The position numbers and the translations under genes were made by a program. Below, in pieces: positions 1-11,679 of a DNA stretch of 64,000 nt. This DNA is from a bacterium (lineage in GTDB: Bacteria > J088 > JAWLBW01). The number at the start of each line of letters is the position of its first letter. Position 1 is the stretch's first letter. The notes below the pieces were generated by a model, which was not told the DNA's origin, made no database searches, and worked only from the letters and a program-made list of their open reading frames with translations. The DNA is taken from assembly GCA_041690355.1 (NCBI GenBank), contig JAWLHK010000013.1:1-64000 (forward strand), given 5' to 3'.

Positions 1-94
1 CCGCGCGATCTTCCTCCCGGGCGCCCACTCCCGAGGCCGGGGGTCGGGCAGAACCCGGGGGGGGGGGGAGGGGGAATCGCGGGAAAACTTGTTC

Positions 95-124
95 TTGAAG
101 CCCCCGCCAATCGCGTGGTAAGAT
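95..124 (+). promoter_or_regulatory. Putative sigma70 promoter of rpsB (TTGAAG-18nt-TAAGAT, extended TGn)
   Basis: TTGAAG at 95-100 and TGgTAAGAT at 116-124, ~140 nt upstream of the rpsB start, leaving room for the usual rpsB leader. Confidence 0.55.
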
Positions 125-261
125 CATGGGATTCGTTTTACTACCGCACGCCGGTACGACCCTGCGCCCGGGTCCTTCCCCCAAAAAGGGGGGAGGCGGC
201 ATCAGGGCCCCAGAATCTGGGGAAGTTCGTCCGGCGGAGGCACAACCCGAAAGGAAAAACC

Positions 262-1179
262 ATGGCCCACAAGATTGCCGTCAAGGACCTGCTCGAAGCA
301 GGCGTTCACTTCGGTCACAAGACCGGCCGCGCCAACCCGAAGATGAAGCCTTACATCTACGGCGAACGCAACGGGATTCACATCATCAACCTCGACCAGA
401 CCGCCGATCTCTTCGACGCCGCGTATCAGGTTGCCGTCGACACCGTCGCCAACGGCGAAAGCGTGCTCTTCGTCGCCACGAAGCGCCAGGCGCAGGAGAT
501 CGTCAAGGAAGAGGCCGCGCGCGCCAGTCAGTTCTACGTCACGAATCGCTGGCTCGGCGGCATGCTGACCAACTTCATCACCATCAAGAAGAATCTCGCC
601 CGGCTGCACGACATCGAAAAGATGGAAACCGACGGCCGCCTCGAAGCCTTCACCAAGAAGGAACAGCTCGAGATCTCGCGCGAGAAGGAAAAACTCGTCA
701 AGTATGTCGGCGGCATCCACGACATGAAGCGCCTGCCGGGCGCCATCTTCATCATTGACGTGAAGAAGGAGCACATCGCCTGTTCCGAAGCGCGCCGGCT
801 CAATATTCCGATCGTCGCCGTCGTCGACACGAACTGCGATCCCGACACGGTCGACTACGTCGTCCCCGGCAACGATGACGCCATCCGCGCCATTCGCCTT
901 TTTGCCGGCCGTATTGCCGACGCCTGCCTCGAAGGCGCCGCGATCTTCGAAGAACGCGCCCGGGCCGACAAGGATACCCGCCGCGCCGACGCCGACGAAC
1001 AGGCCGCCGATGAAGGCCGCCGCCGTGATTCGAAGGTGGCCCGCAAAGTCACCCGCCGCGCCAAGGATGCCGCCCCCGATGCGGGCGAAGCCGCCGAGGC
1101 CGCCGAATCCGCGGGTGACAAGCCCGAGGTGGTCGCCGAATCCGCGGGCGAAAAGCCCGAAGTGGCCGCCGGCGAATAA
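262..1179 (+). CDS. rpsB: 30S ribosomal protein S2
   Basis: [20 protein letters not shown] and [10 protein letters not shown] motifs; AGGA SD before ATG 262; acidic C-terminal tail. Confidence 0.98.
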   Translation: MAHKIAVKDLLEAGVHFGHKTGRANPKMKPYIYGERNGIHIINLDQTADLFDAAYQVAVDTVANGESVLFVATKRQAQEIVKEEAARASQFYVTNRWLGGMLTNFITIKKNLARLHDIEKMETDGRLEAFTKKEQLEISREKEKLVKYVGGIHDMKRLPGAIFIIDVKKEHIACSEARRLNIPIVAVVDTNCDPDTVDYVVPGNDDAIRAIRLFAGRIADACLEGAAIFEERARADKDTRRADADEQAADEGRRRDSKVARKVTRRAKDAAPDAGEAAEAAESAGDKPEVVAESAGEKPEVAAGE

Positions 1180-1196
1180 CGGCGCACGAATCCAAC

Positions 1197-1222
1197 GGGG
1201 CTTTTCGGAGCCCCCTTTTTTT
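1197..1222 (+). terminator. Intrinsic terminator/attenuator between rpsB and tsf
   Basis: GGGGCT-TTTCGG-AGCCCC stem followed by a T run. Confidence 0.75.
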
Positions 1223-1302
1223 GCCTCCCGCCGAGGGCGAACCGGTTTGCCGGGCGGGAACACGTGGAACCTGAGAACCAGAAGTCTGTGAGGAAGTGAA
1301 TC

Positions 1303-2957
<1,655 letters not shown>

Positions 2958-2980
2958 GCGATACGTGAGGAGAGCTGCTC

Positions 2981-3538
2981 ATGCCCCAGGATGTGCTGAA
3001 CAAAGCCAAAGAGAACATGTCGAAGACGGTCGACGTCTTTGTCGAAGAACTGTCACGCATGCGTACCGGACGGGCGAACACCAGCCTGCTCGAAGCGCTC
3101 ACGGTGGAGTATTACGGGAGTCCGGTGCCGCTCACGCAGGTGGCGACCCTGGCCGTGCCCGAGCCGCGCATGATCACCATCAAGCCCTTCGAGGCCCGGC
3201 TCATCCAGGATATCGAAAAGGCGATCATGCAGAGCGACCTCGGCCTGACGCCGGCGAACGACGGTAAGCTCATTCGCGTGCCGATCCCCCAGCTGACCGA
3301 AGAGCGCCGCAAGGATCTCATCAAGCACGCGAAGAAGGTCGCCGAAGAGGCGCGGGTGGCCGTGCGCAACGTGCGCCGCGACGCCAACGACTCGCTCAAG
3401 AAGAAGCAGAAGGCCGGCGAGATGACCGAAGACGATCTGAAGAAATACGAGAAGCTGGTCCAGGAGCTTACGGATCAGACCATCGGCCGCATCGACAAGA
3501 TCGTCGAGGACAAGGAAAAGGATCTTCTCAAGGTCTGA
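2981..3538 (+). CDS. frr: Ribosome recycling factor
   Basis: RTGRAN, LTEERRKDL, RNVRRDAND; conserved synteny. Confidence 0.98.
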   Translation: MPQDVLNKAKENMSKTVDVFVEELSRMRTGRANTSLLEALTVEYYGSPVPLTQVATLAVPEPRMITIKPFEARLIQDIEKAIMQSDLGLTPANDGKLIRVPIPQLTEERRKDLIKHAKKVAEEARVAVRNVRRDANDSLKKKQKAGEMTEDDLKKYEKLVQELTDQTIGRIDKIVEDKEKDLLKV

Positions 3539-4276
3539 GTGATGCCCCTCGATCCCGCGGCCCTGCCGCAACATGTCGCCATCATCATGGACGGCAACGG
3601 CCGCTGGGCCCAGACGCGCGGACTGCCCCGCATCGAAGGGCACCGCGAGGGGGTCAACCGGGTGCTCGAGATTTCGCGCGCCTGCCGTGACCTGGGCATC
3701 CGCATCCTGACCCTTTACGCCTTCAGCACCGAGAACTGGAAGCGTCCCGGCGACGAGGTCTCGGGGCTCATGGATCTGCTGCGCCTGTTTCTGCGGGAAC
3801 ACCGGGCCGAACTGGTCGAGTCGCGCACGCGCCTGAATCCGATCGGTGACCTCACGAAGATTCCGGCCGCGACACGCGAAGAGCTCGAGCAGACCGTGGC
3901 CGCCACGGCAGACTGCGAAAAGCACATCCTCAACATCGCCCTCAGCTACGGCGGACGGGCCGAGATCGTTCGGGCCGCGCGCAGCCTCGCCGCCGAGGTA
4001 CGGGCCGGCACGCTGGCCGTCGAGCAGATCGACGACGAACAGATCGCGGCCCGGCTCTACACGGTCGGCCAGCCAGACCCGGATCTCATGATCCGCACCT
4101 CGGGCGAGCAGCGCATCAGCAATTACCTGCTCTGGCAGCTCGCCTACAGCGAGTTCATGTTCCCCGACGAGCCCTGGCCCGACTTCACGCGTGAGCGTTT
4201 CGAACGTTGCCTGGCGGCATATGGGCAGCGTGAACGGCGCTTCGGGCTGACGGGCGATCAGGTCAAAGGGCCGTAA
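3539..4276 (+). CDS. uppS: Undecaprenyl diphosphate synthase (isoprenyl transferase)
   Basis: HVAIIMDGNGRWA, YAFSTENWKRP, IRTSGEQRISNYLLWQ. Confidence 0.97.
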   Translation: MMPLDPAALPQHVAIIMDGNGRWAQTRGLPRIEGHREGVNRVLEISRACRDLGIRILTLYAFSTENWKRPGDEVSGLMDLLRLFLREHRAELVESRTRLNPIGDLTKIPAATREELEQTVAATADCEKHILNIALSYGGRAEIVRAARSLAAEVRAGTLAVEQIDDEQIAARLYTVGQPDPDLMIRTSGEQRISNYLLWQLAYSEFMFPDEPWPDFTRERFERCLAAYGQRERRFGLTGDQVKGP

Positions 4277-4490
4277 GGCCTCATTTCCCCCCGCGCGTAC
4301 CGCGTACATCTTCAGGCTGCTGAACGCCTCGCCCCCTTTTTCCCCGAGTCATCACTCCAGGCGAAAGAAGCGGCCGCGCGGGTTGCGGGCACCTTGATCC
4401 CTGAGGCACACTGAACCCTTTCCGGGTCGCGGCGCGCCGTTTCCGTAAGGGGGCTTGCCGCCGCAGCATCCGCCCCTCGAGAGACGGACC

Positions 4491-6968
4491 ATGTTGTTGC
4501 CTCTTGCCCTCGCGTTGTCGCAAGCCTTTGCAGCGCCCGCTACCGCCGCGGCGCCGGCATCTCCCGTCACGGTGACGGCACCGACGGCCGCGACCGCCCC
4601 GACGGCCCCGTTGCACTTCTTCGTTCTGGAAGTGACCCGAACGACGTCGGGAGCGGCCGGGCCCGTCACCGCGGCCGTCGGGATGGCTGTCGAAGCGACC
4701 CGCACGACGCGCCCCGTAACGGCGCCGACCCTGGCGGCGGCAACCACGTCGGCGACGGGCGTCACGGCTGCTACCGTGCAGTACCTCCCGGTTGTCAACT
4801 TTGCCGGCTTTCTCAAGGAGCGCGGCACGCGGCGCCCCATTGCCGATGCCCAGGTCGTCCTGGCCGAACTGGGGATGGCCGCCTTTACTGACCGGCAAGG
4901 CTACTTCGAATTCGAGGACGTTCCCGCCGGCGACTACACGGTGGTCGCGCCGGTAGTCGGCTACGAACGCCTGAAGACGACCGAGTCGATCTCGGAGACC
5001 GAACGCACCGACGTCACCTATTACATCGAGCCGCTCGCCGGGTCACCCCTCGAGGTCATCGTCGAGGTCGACCGCGTGCGCAAAGAGGTCTCCAAGACCG
5101 TGCTCAACCGTGTCGAGGTGAGTCAGGTCGCCGGTACCGGCGGCGACGCGGTCAAGGTCATCACAACCCTCCCCGGGGTCGCCACGTCGAACGAACTCGG
5201 CACCGATCTGCTCGTGCGCGGGTCGGGCCCCTTCGACAACCGCATCGAGATCGATCGCATCCAGGTTCCCTTCGTTTACCACTTCGGCGGCCTGCGCTCG
5301 GTGCTGCACGAAGACCTGATCGACGGCGTCGACTTCCAGGCCGGCGGCTTCAGCGCCAATTTCGGCCGCGCCACGGGCGGGGTGCTTCTCGCGCGCACGC
5401 GGCCGGGCACGACCGAACAGTACCGCGGCGCCGTCGACGTCAACACCCTGCTCAGCGAGGCGTACGTCGAAGGTCCGATCGGTGAGAAGGGCTCCTTTCT
5501 CGCCGCCGGCCGCCGCAGCTACATCGACGTCATCGTCGGACCCGTCGTCGAGGAACTCGTTCCGCCCGAGGAGTTGACCTTCAACGTCTTTCCCCAGTTC
5601 TACGATTACCAGCTGCGCTTCGACTACCGCCTGACGACCGACGCCACGGTGAACGCCTTCGTGTTCGGGGCCGACGACGTCCTGCAGCTCCTGGTCGGGC
5701 GCGTCGACCCGCGCGATCCGGGCGTCACCGGTTCGTTCTACGTGCACCCCTACTTCCACGTCCAGTCGGTGGGCTACACGCAGAAGTGGGGCCGCATCAC
5801 CAACAAGACCAACGTGTATTACCTGACGCAGGGGCAGGACATCCGCATCGGAAGCGACGGCGGCTTTCTCGCCATCCTGCTGCAGGCGCCCGGTCTGAAC
5901 AACGACACCAGCGTGCCCCTCGGCGAACGGCAGACGATCAACTTCGGGACCCAGCTGCGCTTCGACCGGGCCACCTTTCGCAGCCGCTTCCCGCGGCCGC
6001 CCCGCCCGGGCGAGTCAGACTTCACGTTCACCGACGCCGAGCTCGTCGATTACGAACGCGTCATCAACGGCGGCCAGGTCGGATTCTACGTCGACGACGT
6101 CGTGCAGGTGACCGACTCGTGGATGCTCGTGCCGGGCGTGCGCTTCGATTACTACAAACAGGATCGCGGCTACTTCTACGCCGACCCGCGCATATCGACG
6201 CGCTGGTCGGTACGTGAAAGCACGACGCTGAAGGCGGCCGTGGGGCGCTACTCCGACTTTCCTTCGGAGCAGCAGCTCGATGGGGAATTCGGGAATACCC
6301 TGCTTGAACCCTTCCACGGCATTCACTATGTGGCCGGCGTTGAACACCAGCTCACCGACAGCGACTTCGTCGACATCCAGGCCTATTACAAGACGCTCGA
6401 GGGGCTTGTCTACCAGAATCCGCTCGCCGGGGGGCAGTACCAGAACGTCCTTGACGGCAAGGGCTACGGATTCGAGATCTTCTACCGCCACTACCTGACG
6501 TCGCGGCTGTTCGGATGGGCCTCCTATGCCTACGCCCGCAGTTTCCGTCGCTACCCGCAGACGGGCCGGTGGGAGCCGTCGTCCTACGATCAGCCGCATA
6601 TCGTGAACCTCGTCGCCAACTACAAGCTGTCGAACCGCTGGACGGTCGGCTCGCGCTGGCGCTACAACTCGGGCGAGCCCTACACGCCGCTGGTGGATCG
6701 GATTTTCGTCGCCGACAAAGGCTTCTACATTCCGGTATCGGGCGAGCGCAACAGCCTGCGCCGCCCGGCCCAGCACCGGATGGACGCGCGCGTGAGCTAC
6801 GGCTATCCGTTCAATACGTGGACGCTCGAAACCTATCTCGAAGTGCTGAACCTCTACGGCTACGAGAATGTGGCCGATTACAGCAACAATTACGACTACA
6901 CCGAGCGCGAGGCCTTCTCGCTGCTCCCCGTGCCGGTTCCCGTCCTCGGCATCCGTGCGGAGTTCTGA
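4491..6968 (+). CDS. TonB-dependent receptor with N-terminal Ala/Thr/Pro-rich linker and carboxypeptidase-regulatory-like domain
   Basis: Signal peptide, plug motifs (LPGV..LLVRG, GGFSANFGRATGG), barrel strands, C-terminal GIRAEF. Confidence 0.9.
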   Translation: MLLPLALALSQAFAAPATAAAPASPVTVTAPTAATAPTAPLHFFVLEVTRTTSGAAGPVTAAVGMAVEATRTTRPVTAPTLAAATTSATGVTAATVQYLPVVNFAGFLKERGTRRPIADAQVVLAELGMAAFTDRQGYFEFEDVPAGDYTVVAPVVGYERLKTTESISETERTDVTYYIEPLAGSPLEVIVEVDRVRKEVSKTVLNRVEVSQVAGTGGDAVKVITTLPGVATSNELGTDLLVRGSGPFDNRIEIDRIQVPFVYHFGGLRSVLHEDLIDGVDFQAGGFSANFGRATGGVLLARTRPGTTEQYRGAVDVNTLLSEAYVEGPIGEKGSFLAAGRRSYIDVIVGPVVEELVPPEELTFNVFPQFYDYQLRFDYRLTTDATVNAFVFGADDVLQLLVGRVDPRDPGVTGSFYVHPYFHVQSVGYTQKWGRITNKTNVYYLTQGQDIRIGSDGGFLAILLQAPGLNNDTSVPLGERQTINFGTQLRFDRATFRSRFPRPPRPGESDFTFTDAELVDYERVINGGQVGFYVDDVVQVTDSWMLVPGVRFDYYKQDRGYFYADPRISTRWSVRESTTLKAAVGRYSDFPSEQQLDGEFGNTLLEPFHGIHYVAGVEHQLTDSDFVDIQAYYKTLEGLVYQNPLAGGQYQNVLDGKGYGFEIFYRHYLTSRLFGWASYAYARSFRRYPQTGRWEPSSYDQPHIVNLVANYKLSNRWTVGSRWRYNSGEPYTPLVDRIFVADKGFYIPVSGERNSLRRPAQHRMDARVSYGYPFNTWTLETYLEVLNLYGYENVADYSNNYDYTEREAFSLLPVPVPVLGIRAEF

Positions 6969-6969
6969 C

Positions 6970-8181
6970 ATGAAATCGCTTCGTTCCACACTCGCCTTCG
7001 CCATGCTCGCCACCCTGGCGGCCTGCGGCGGACAATCCGACGATCGCAGCGAAACCATCGTCAAGGCGAAGATTCTCGCCGTTCGCGCCGCAAGCCCCGA
7101 ACTTCACCCGGGCGGAGTAACGCGGGTCGACGTGCTCGTCGGCGCCCCGGATGCCGTGACCGTGACCGCGTTTACCATTCCGATCGCCCAGGAGATGATC
7201 GGTGATTACGCAGACGGCAATGCCGATTTCCGCAACGCGGGCGTGGCGTGGAATTTCGTGACGGCCTCGACCGTCGTGTGCCCGCCCATCGCGGCGCCGC
7301 TGCTTCCGCGGTGCATGCCCGTCGACGGCGTGTCTGCCGCCGCCGAGACTCCTGGCGTGGCGAGCACGTGGTATCAGGCCCCCGTCACTCCCGGCACCTA
7401 CACGATCGCGGCCTTCGTCAAGAATGGCGTGCCGGCGTCGTTGAAACCCGCGCAGCTGCAGGCCGAACTCACGGCGTCGCTGAAGACCCTCAAAGGGATC
7501 GTCGTGCGCGCGGCCGGCGAGCCCTTGAACCGCAATCCGGTGCCCCGCGGGCTCACGGTCGAGAAACGCTGGCGTCTGAACGATCCGGAACGCAATCCAT
7601 ACGACCGCACGCCCCTCGAGGCAGGGGGGCTCGACGGCCGTGATGGAGAACTGCTCCGCATCAAGGCGAATTTCGACGATGAAGACATGGAGCGGGTGAG
7701 CGCCTACTGGTTCATCACGGCCGGGTCGATCCAGGGCTACGGGCGCACGGACATGGACTACCGCCCGCCCGCGAAGCCGGGAATCGTGAGCCTGATTGCC
7801 GTGCTTCTCGATCGCACCGGCGGCAACAACTGGTGGATTCAGGACTTCGCCGTCGGGCTCGACGAGCTGAAACCCGAAGCGCCGGCGCCGGAGGCCCTGC
7901 TCGTCGAGAGCGAAGGGCGCCTGTTCTGGCTCGGGTTTGCCGCCGGCGACACCGTGGCCACCGACGTTGCGGCGGGGCTGGCGGCGGGACCGGTCGTGGT
8001 CGAAGCCGAAGTCGTGGCTTCACCGGCATACCGTCTCGGATGGCGGCTCGGCGACATGGCCTACGCGGGCGCGCTCACCGAGGGAACCGCGGGCACCCTC
8101 ACGGCGGCGCAGATTTCAGAGTCGGTACCGACGGGACGGGTTGCGGTGCGCCTCGACCGCCTCGTCAAGCGCCTCCCCTGA
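6970..8181 (+). CDS. Lipoprotein partner of the TonB-dependent receptor (Ig-like, unknown function)
   Basis: Lipobox LAAC at MKSLRSTLAFAMLATLAACGG; starts 1 nt after the receptor stop. Confidence 0.75.
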   Translation: MKSLRSTLAFAMLATLAACGGQSDDRSETIVKAKILAVRAASPELHPGGVTRVDVLVGAPDAVTVTAFTIPIAQEMIGDYADGNADFRNAGVAWNFVTASTVVCPPIAAPLLPRCMPVDGVSAAAETPGVASTWYQAPVTPGTYTIAAFVKNGVPASLKPAQLQAELTASLKTLKGIVVRAAGEPLNRNPVPRGLTVEKRWRLNDPERNPYDRTPLEAGGLDGRDGELLRIKANFDDEDMERVSAYWFITAGSIQGYGRTDMDYRPPAKPGIVSLIAVLLDRTGGNNWWIQDFAVGLDELKPEAPAPEALLVESEGRLFWLGFAAGDTVATDVAAGLAAGPVVVEAEVVASPAYRLGWRLGDMAYAGALTEGTAGTLTAAQISESVPTGRVAVRLDRLVKRLP

Positions 8182-8256
8182 CCGTTCGGCCTCGGGCCGG
8201 AAACCGACAGAGGCTTCTGAAGACCATCGCGGAAGGCTGTCGACTGAAGACTGTCT

Positions 8257-8463
8257 TCAGGGTTTGCGCAGCGCGACGACCACGGCCCCGGCCGAATCGG
8301 CGACGACGATGTCGCCGACCTTGCTGTGAGCCGGGATGGCGTCGGAGCCGAGGCGGATCGTGTAGATCAGCTCGGGGTCGTCGAGGTAGGTGATGCCCAG
8401 GGTGAACCATGGCTCCCCATGGTGCAGAAACATCTCCATCCGCTGAATGATCGCTTTTCGCAT
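8257..8463 (-). CDS. Small hypothetical protein (68 aa, beta-rich)
   Basis: ATG with GGAAA upstream; protein-like composition and GC3 bias; fills an otherwise empty gap. Confidence 0.6.
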   Translation of the reverse strand: MRKAIIQRMEMFLHHGEPWFTLGITYLDDPELIYTIRLGSDAIPAHSKVGDIVVADSAGAVVVALRKP

Positions 8464-8596
8464 CGGTTTCCAAGGGTAGCACAGACGGCGTCAGGATTCA
8501 TGCGTTCGCTTCCGGGACGGTTTGGATGGGGGCGGAGGGGCATCCGCAAAGGCGCCTGCGTTACAATGGTTTCCTTGCCTCACCCCGCCAGGGCCT

Positions 8597-11149
8597 ATGC
8601 GTTTTTTTCTTCGCGTCATCTCGTTTCGCCACCTGCGTCTTCACCCCCTGCGCACCGCGCTCACGCTGGTGGGCATTCTGCTCGGCGTGGCCATGGGGGT
8701 CGGGGTCGGGCTGCTCAATGAGAGTACGCTTGCTTCGTTCAATGAAATGGTCGAGGGGCTGGCCGGCAAGAGCGATCTGACCATTTCGGTCGGCGGCCGA
8801 GCCGGGATGCCCGATGCCACCCTCGATCAGGTGGCGGGGATCGAGGGGGTCAAGGCCGCCACGGCCAGCCTGCGCGTCTCAGGGTATCTTACCGATCGCC
8901 CGACAGAGCAGATTCTGCTGCTGGGCATCGATGCGCTGGCCGACCCCGAGTTCCGTACCTTCAAGGTCTCGAGCAAACCCGATTTCGATCCGCTCGCCTT
9001 TCTGAACACGCCCGATTCCATCCTGGTGCCGCAGAGCCTGGCGGCCCGCAGCGGCCTGGCAGAAGGGGACCGGCTACGCGTGACGACGCAAGGGGGCATT
9101 CTCGAGTTCACGGTTCGCGCGGTCGTCGACGAAGAGGGGGCCGCCAAGGTCTACAGCGGCAATGTCGTCATCCTCGACGTTTTCGCGGCGCAGGACCTGC
9201 TCGGGCGCACCGGCACGGTCGACCAGGTCGACGTCATCGCCGAACCGGGGGTTGCGCCCGAGGCGCTTCAGGAGCGGCTGAAAGCGGCTCTGGGTCCCGC
9301 CTATCTGGTGGAACGGCCGGGACGCAACGTGCAGGCCGAGAAGATGGTCGAGGGACTGCGCAAGACGACCGACATGCTCGGCATCCTCGCCCTGTTCGTC
9401 GGCATGTTTCTCATCTACAACACGTTCAACACGGCGGTCGCCCAGCGCCGGCGTGAAATCGGCATTCTGCGCGCGCTGGGGACTCCGCGCGCCCATATCG
9501 TCGGCATCTTTCTGGGCGAGGCGGCCGTTATCGGACTCGTCGGCTCGGCGCTCGGCGTGCTCTGCGGCGTCGGGCTCGCGCGCATGCTCATCGAACAGTA
9601 CGCCGAGACGGTCAGCAGTTTCTATTTCAAGGTACACCCCGAGGTGGTGGTCTTCAGCGGAACGCTCTTTGCTCGCTCGGTGGCCCTCGGTGTGGCCAGC
9701 GCCGTTCTTTCGGCGATTCTGCCGGCGCGCAAGGCCGCCTCGATCTCGCCGCTCGAGGCCCTGAGCGGTGTGAGCCTCGAAGCCGAACGCCAGCGCGGGT
9801 TCAAGTGGGCGTTCGCCGGCGGCATTCTGCTTCTTGCCGCCGAAACGGCCATCCTGCTGCGTTCGTGGGAAGAAACCAGCGTCGAAATCGGCGTCATCTC
9901 TGCGCTCGTGAGCTTCGGCGCGCTGGCGCTGCTGAGTCCGCTGCTCATCTCGCTGACGACCGCCCTGCTGCGGCCGCTGAACCGGAGCGTGCTGGGGCTC
10001 GAAGCCCGCATGGGCGGCGACAACCTCATGCGCTCGCCGGCACGAACCTCGGTGACGGTGGCGGCGCTCATGATCGGCATCACGCTTGCCGTGGCCATGG
10101 GCGGCACCTTCGCCAGCCTCTCGGCGAGCCTCGACGAGTGGATTACCGAGGGAATCACGGCCGATCTCACGGTGCGCGGTTCGGTGGCGCTCCCGGGCGC
10201 GAATTCCGTCGAGCTGCCCGGCGACCTGGCCGACGAGTTGCGGCGTGTGCCCGGCGTCGAAGACGTGAGCACTTTCCGCATCGTGCCGATTCCGTTTCGC
10301 GACGGTGTCATTCACGCCTACGGCGTCGACGTCGCCCCGATCCTCAAGCACTCGAGTTCGCGGTGGACCGAGGGGCGCCGCGATCGCGACGGCGAGCTGC
10401 TCCGCCAGCCGGGCCACGTGCTCATCTCCGAGAATCTGGCGAGCCGCTACAACCTGCACCGCGGCGACGAGATGGCGTTGCAGGGGCCCTTCGGCGCGCG
10501 CACGTTCAAGGTCGTCGGCGTGCACATCGACTACACGAGCGATCTCGGCTCGGTCGGTTTCAACCGCGAAGATTTTCTCTCGTTTTTCCGCGACCCGCAT
10601 GTCGACAGCGTCGACCTCTGGCTCGCCGAAGGGGTCGATCCGGTAGAGACCCGCGAGACGCTCAAGAAGATGTTTCCCCAGAAGCAGCTCTTCGTGCAGA
10701 CGAACGGCGAGTTCCGCGGCGAAATCGAGCGGGCGGTGGCCCAGATCTTCGGCATGGTCGACGTCATCCAGCTGCTGGTCATCATCATCGCGGTCGTGGG
10801 CATCCTGAATACACTGCTGATCAACATCATCGACCGCACGCGCGAGCTCGGCATCCTGCGCGCCATGGGATTCACGCGCGACCAGCTCGGCCGGGTCATC
10901 GTCTGGGAGGCGGCGTTCATGGGGCTCATCGCCGGCGTGCTCGGCGCCCTGTCGGGGAGCGCATTTTCAATGTCCATCGTGCATCTCATCAACCGCCAGC
11001 TGGTCGGTTGGAGCACCGCATTCGTGTTTCCGACCGACAGCGTGTGGAAAGGGTTTGTGGTCGCGGTCCTGAGCGCGCTGATGGCGTCGTGGTGGCCGGC
11101 GCGCAAGGTCGGCCGCCTCAATATCGTCGAAGCCATGGAGTACGAATGA
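8597..11149 (+). CDS. ABC transporter permease, duplicated MacB-PCD/FtsX-type
   Basis: LRTALTLVGILLGVA; two RRREIGILRALG / RTRELGILRAMG motifs; two periplasmic domains. Confidence 0.92.
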   Translation: MRFFLRVISFRHLRLHPLRTALTLVGILLGVAMGVGVGLLNESTLASFNEMVEGLAGKSDLTISVGGRAGMPDATLDQVAGIEGVKAATASLRVSGYLTDRPTEQILLLGIDALADPEFRTFKVSSKPDFDPLAFLNTPDSILVPQSLAARSGLAEGDRLRVTTQGGILEFTVRAVVDEEGAAKVYSGNVVILDVFAAQDLLGRTGTVDQVDVIAEPGVAPEALQERLKAALGPAYLVERPGRNVQAEKMVEGLRKTTDMLGILALFVGMFLIYNTFNTAVAQRRREIGILRALGTPRAHIVGIFLGEAAVIGLVGSALGVLCGVGLARMLIEQYAETVSSFYFKVHPEVVVFSGTLFARSVALGVASAVLSAILPARKAASISPLEALSGVSLEAERQRGFKWAFAGGILLLAAETAILLRSWEETSVEIGVISALVSFGALALLSPLLISLTTALLRPLNRSVLGLEARMGGDNLMRSPARTSVTVAALMIGITLAVAMGGTFASLSASLDEWITEGITADLTVRGSVALPGANSVELPGDLADELRRVPGVEDVSTFRIVPIPFRDGVIHAYGVDVAPILKHSSSRWTEGRRDRDGELLRQPGHVLISENLASRYNLHRGDEMALQGPFGARTFKVVGVHIDYTSDLGSVGFNREDFLSFFRDPHVDSVDLWLAEGVDPVETRETLKKMFPQKQLFVQTNGEFRGEIERAVAQIFGMVDVIQLLVIIIAVVGILNTLLINIIDRTRELGILRAMGFTRDQLGRVIVWEAAFMGLIAGVLGALSGSAFSMSIVHLINRQLVGWSTAFVFPTDSVWKGFVVAVLSALMASWWPARKVGRLNIVEAMEYE

Positions 11150-11601
11150 TGTCTCGACTTGTTCTTCTGTCTGCCTTACTTCTTCTCCCGCTCGCCTTTG
11201 CGTGCCAGACCGAACCCAAAGAGGGGCTCGACACGGCGCTGCGCAAACTGGATCAGGTGCGGGGCAAGGTGCAGCTCGGCGAAACGCAGGGGGTGACGTT
11301 CGGTCCGTATCCGCATGCCGATTGGCTGGTTCTGGTGCCCGAGAACGCCTCGCCCGGGGCCTTCGAGGTCGAGCCCGCGTTCCGGCGCGAGGCGGGCGAC
11401 GAGGTCGTGCGGGCGCTGTCGGGGCGAAACGCGCCGATGATGGCCCTGGTGCGCAAGGGAAAGATCGTCGAAGAGGCGCCGCTCATGGAGCCCTATGCCG
11501 TACCGAAACTGCTCGCCCGTCGCGCCGAGGTCGTCGGGGGCGTGCGTTTCGTCCGGCTCGTGAACAATTACCGGCCCTACCAGATACGCCAGATCGATTA
11601 G
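11146..11601 (+). CDS. Putative lipoprotein
   Basis: MMSRLVLLSALLLLPLAFAC lipobox-like; ATGA overlap with the permease stop. Confidence 0.7.
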   Translation: MMSRLVLLSALLLLPLAFACQTEPKEGLDTALRKLDQVRGKVQLGETQGVTFGPYPHADWLVLVPENASPGAFEVEPAFRREAGDEVVRALSGRNAPMMALVRKGKIVEEAPLMEPYAVPKLLARRAEVVGGVRFVRLVNNYRPYQIRQID

Positions 11602-11620
11602 GCGCCGGAGCGGATTCAAG

Positions 11621-11658
11621 AAAAGAGCCGGCGCGGGCGGGGAGCCCGTGCCGGCTTC
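11621..11658. terminator. Hairpin terminator between convergent genes
   Basis: GAGCCGGCGCGGGC...GCCCGTGCCGGCTT inverted repeat with an A run on the left. Confidence 0.6.
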
Positions 11659-11679
11659 ATTGTCTCGAACGTTGCCGGC

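Noticed and set aside
57-68. G12 homopolymer upstream of the rpsB promoter (phase variation or G-quadruplex?)
   Set aside because: Lies outside the promoter spacer, and poly-G runs are common sequencing artefacts; cannot be assessed without reads.
4277-4490. Possible cobalamin or other riboswitch ahead of the TonB receptor
   Set aside because: No B12-box or other recognisable riboswitch core found by eye.
8179-8192. 14-nt match TGACCGTTCGGCCT to the 5' end of the putative ncRNA (minus strand near 42107)
   Set aside because: Single short GC-rich match; plausible by chance in 64 kb; no extension.
9805-11145. 598-aa ORF upstream extension of the 11146 lipoprotein
   Set aside because: Overlaps the permease in another frame and is Arg/Pro-rich junk; the real start is at the signal peptide (11146).
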